From: an uncultured Alphaproteobacteria bacterium | GTDB lineage: Bacteria > Pseudomonadota > Alphaproteobacteria > Sphingomonadales > Sphingomonadaceae | Assembly (NCBI GenBank): GCA_963740775.1 | Contig: CAVUFE010000007.1 | Coordinates: 183,148 to 247,147, forward strand | Length of the DNA: 64,000 nt | Direction: 5' to 3' | Part shown: piece after piece, positions 61,987 through 64,000 of the stretch | Layout of the letters: each line of letters begins with the position of its first letter | Numbering within the stretch: position 1 is the stretch's first letter | Notes under the pieces: generated by a model | What the model was told of the DNA's origin: nothing | Database searches by the model: none | What the model saw: the letters and a program-made list of their open reading frames with translations, nothing else | Made by a program: the position numbers and the translations under genes

Positions 61987-63720
61987 GTGGAAAATCAGCG
62001 CAACATGATCCTGGCGATCGTGCTGTCGGCGCTCGTGCTGTTCGGCTGGAGCGCGCTGTCGGACCGGATCATGCCGACCGCCAATCCGCCCGGCGACCAA
62101 GATCGAGAGCGGCAAGCAGACGCCGGTCGCGACCCCCGCGGTCCAGCCGGTACCGGTGGTCAAGCGATACCGCCAAGGCGATCGCCTCGCACAGCCGCGC
62201 GTCCCGATCAAGAACGCCGCGCTGAGCGGCTCGATCAACCTACGGGCGCGCCGCATCGAGACCTGGTGCTGACCACATACGGCCGAGACGATCGCCAAGA
62301 ATTCGCCGCCGGTGCGGCTGCTTCGCCCAGCAGGGAACGCCCGAGCCTATTTCGCGGCTTCGGCTGGACCGGACCGCGGGACAGCGTGCCCGACGTCAAT
62401 ACGGTGTGGACCGCCGAGCGCACGGCAGCTGACGCCGCAGACGCCGGTCACGCTGAGCTGGGCCAACCCGCAGGGGCAGCGCTTCGCGATCCGATACTGT
62501 CGATCGACGACGACTATATGTTCACGGTGACGCAGGCCGTCACCAACGGCGGCGCGGTCAGCCGGTGACGTTGCGTCCCTATGGCTTCATCAGCCGCGGT
62601 TCGGCAAATCGAAGGATCGTCAGACAGCTGGAACGCCCATGTCGGGCCGATGGGCGTGTTCAACGGCAAGGCCGATTATAGCATCGACTGGAAGGATCTG
62701 GACGAGAACGCCGGCGGGCGAACGCGTTCAAGACACCGGCGGCTGGCTTGGCTTTACCGACAAATATTGGCTGACCGCGCTCGTCCCCGGCCAGGCAGCG
62801 CTTCGATCGACGCCGGATTCCGCCACGCCGGCGGCATCCTACCAGGCCGATTACGCGGCGCAGCCGCAGCTGGTCGCGCGCCAGGCGCGACCACGCACGA
62901 CCGTGACGCATCTCTTCGCCGGCGCAAAGGAAGTCGGCGTGCTCGACGGCTACGAGGCGCGCTGGGCATCCCCATGTTCGGCAAGGCGATCGACTGGGGC
63001 TGGTTCGAGATCATCGAAAAGCCGATCTTCTGCTATCTCACTGGCTGTTCCAGCTGACTCGGCAATTTCGGCGTCGCGATCATCCTGCTGACCTTCATCG
63101 TGCGCGCTGCTGATGTTCCCGATCGCGCAGCGCCAGTTCGCATCGATGGCCGCGATGCGCGCGGTCCAGCCGAAGATGAAGGCGCTGCAGGAACGCTACA
63201 AGGACGACAAGCCGCGGCTGCAGCAGGAGATGATGGCGCTGTACAAGGAGGAAAAGGTCAATCCGCTGGCCGGCTGCCTGCCGATCGTGCTCCAGATCCC
63301 GGTCTTCTTCGCGCTCTACAAGGTGCTGATGCTGACGATCGAGATGCGCCACCAGCCGTTCGTGCTGTGGATCAAGGATCTGTCGGCGCCCGATCCGCTG
63401 ACCCCGGTCAACCTGTTCGGCCTGCTGCCTTTCACCCCGCCGCAGTTCCTCGCGATCGGCGTGCTGCCGATCCTGCTGGGCATCACGCATGTGGCTGCAG
63501 TTCAAGCTGAACCCGCCGCCGATGGACCCGGTGCAGCAGCAGATGTTCGCGATCATGCCGTGGATCATGATGTTCATGATGGCGCCGTTCGCGGCCGGGC
63601 TGCAGCTCTACTGGATCACGTCGAACCTGCTGACGATCGCGCAGCAGCAATGGCTCTATTCGCAAGCATCCGGCGCTGAAGGCAGCGGATGGCAAGGGTC
63701 GCGGCCGACGACCGCAATGA
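61987..63720 (+). CDS. yidC: Membrane protein insertase YidC, many frameshifts
   Basis: [54 protein letters not shown]; 3' end approximate. Confidence 0.93.
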
Positions 63721-64000
63721 GCCCGTGCGCGACGGCGCGAACTGTGGATCGAAGCTGACGAACGGCGCGCAAGATGTTCTCCGGGCCGATCGCGTTCCTG
63801 AAATCGGCGCCGGCGCTCGCAGCATCTGCCCGAGCCGACGTGCCGGAGATCGCCTTTGCCGGGCGGTCGAATGTCGGCAAGTCGTCGCTGCTCAACGCGC
63901 TGACCAATCGCAACGGCCTGGCGCGCACATCGAACACGCCGGGGCGGACGCAGGAACTGAACTTCTTCGACGTCGGCGATCCGCTGCTGTTCCGGCTGGT
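63717..64000 (+). CDS. yihA: Ribosome biogenesis GTPase YihA/EngB (partial, frameshifted)
   Basis: [35 protein letters not shown]; runs off the window end. Confidence 0.92.

Overview
A GC-rich alphaproteobacterial chromosomal segment. Gene content and order (rpiB-glyA-nrdR-trmJ-rpsD, murI/plsY-dprA-topA, tRNA-Val-cpdR-N-formylglutamate amidohydrolase, ubiE-ubiB-coaBC-dut-moeB, rpmH-rnpA-yidD-yidC-yihA) point to Sphingomonadaceae. It holds about 65 CDS, three tRNAs (Lys-TTT, Val-GAC, Leu-CAA), a probable MmgR/suhB-family sRNA, a cydAB oxidase with an uncalled small subunit, a five-gene CoA-ester catabolic operon resembling itaconate/C5-dicarboxylate pathways, a MacAB-type exporter, aguAB, and a LexA-controlled imuA-imuB-dnaE2 cassette. 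I saw no integrase, transposase, prophage or CRISPR array. Many genes, including essential ones, are broken by single-base indels concentrated at about 1-10.5 kb and 52-64 kb. These are most likely sequencing or consensus errors, so coordinates of those genes are approximate. The most intriguing unexplained signals are: a tandem CGATTCACA repeat element upstream of aguA that overlaps an Arg-rich uORF and recurs as an exact 19-mer inside imuB; rnpA lacking a canonical start codon next to rpmH; a Sel1-like/prolyl-4-hydroxylase gene between dprA and topA; and an EcfG-type promoter on a probably leaderless xth. All family calls come from motif recognition, not database searches. I cannot claim a confirmed novel system.
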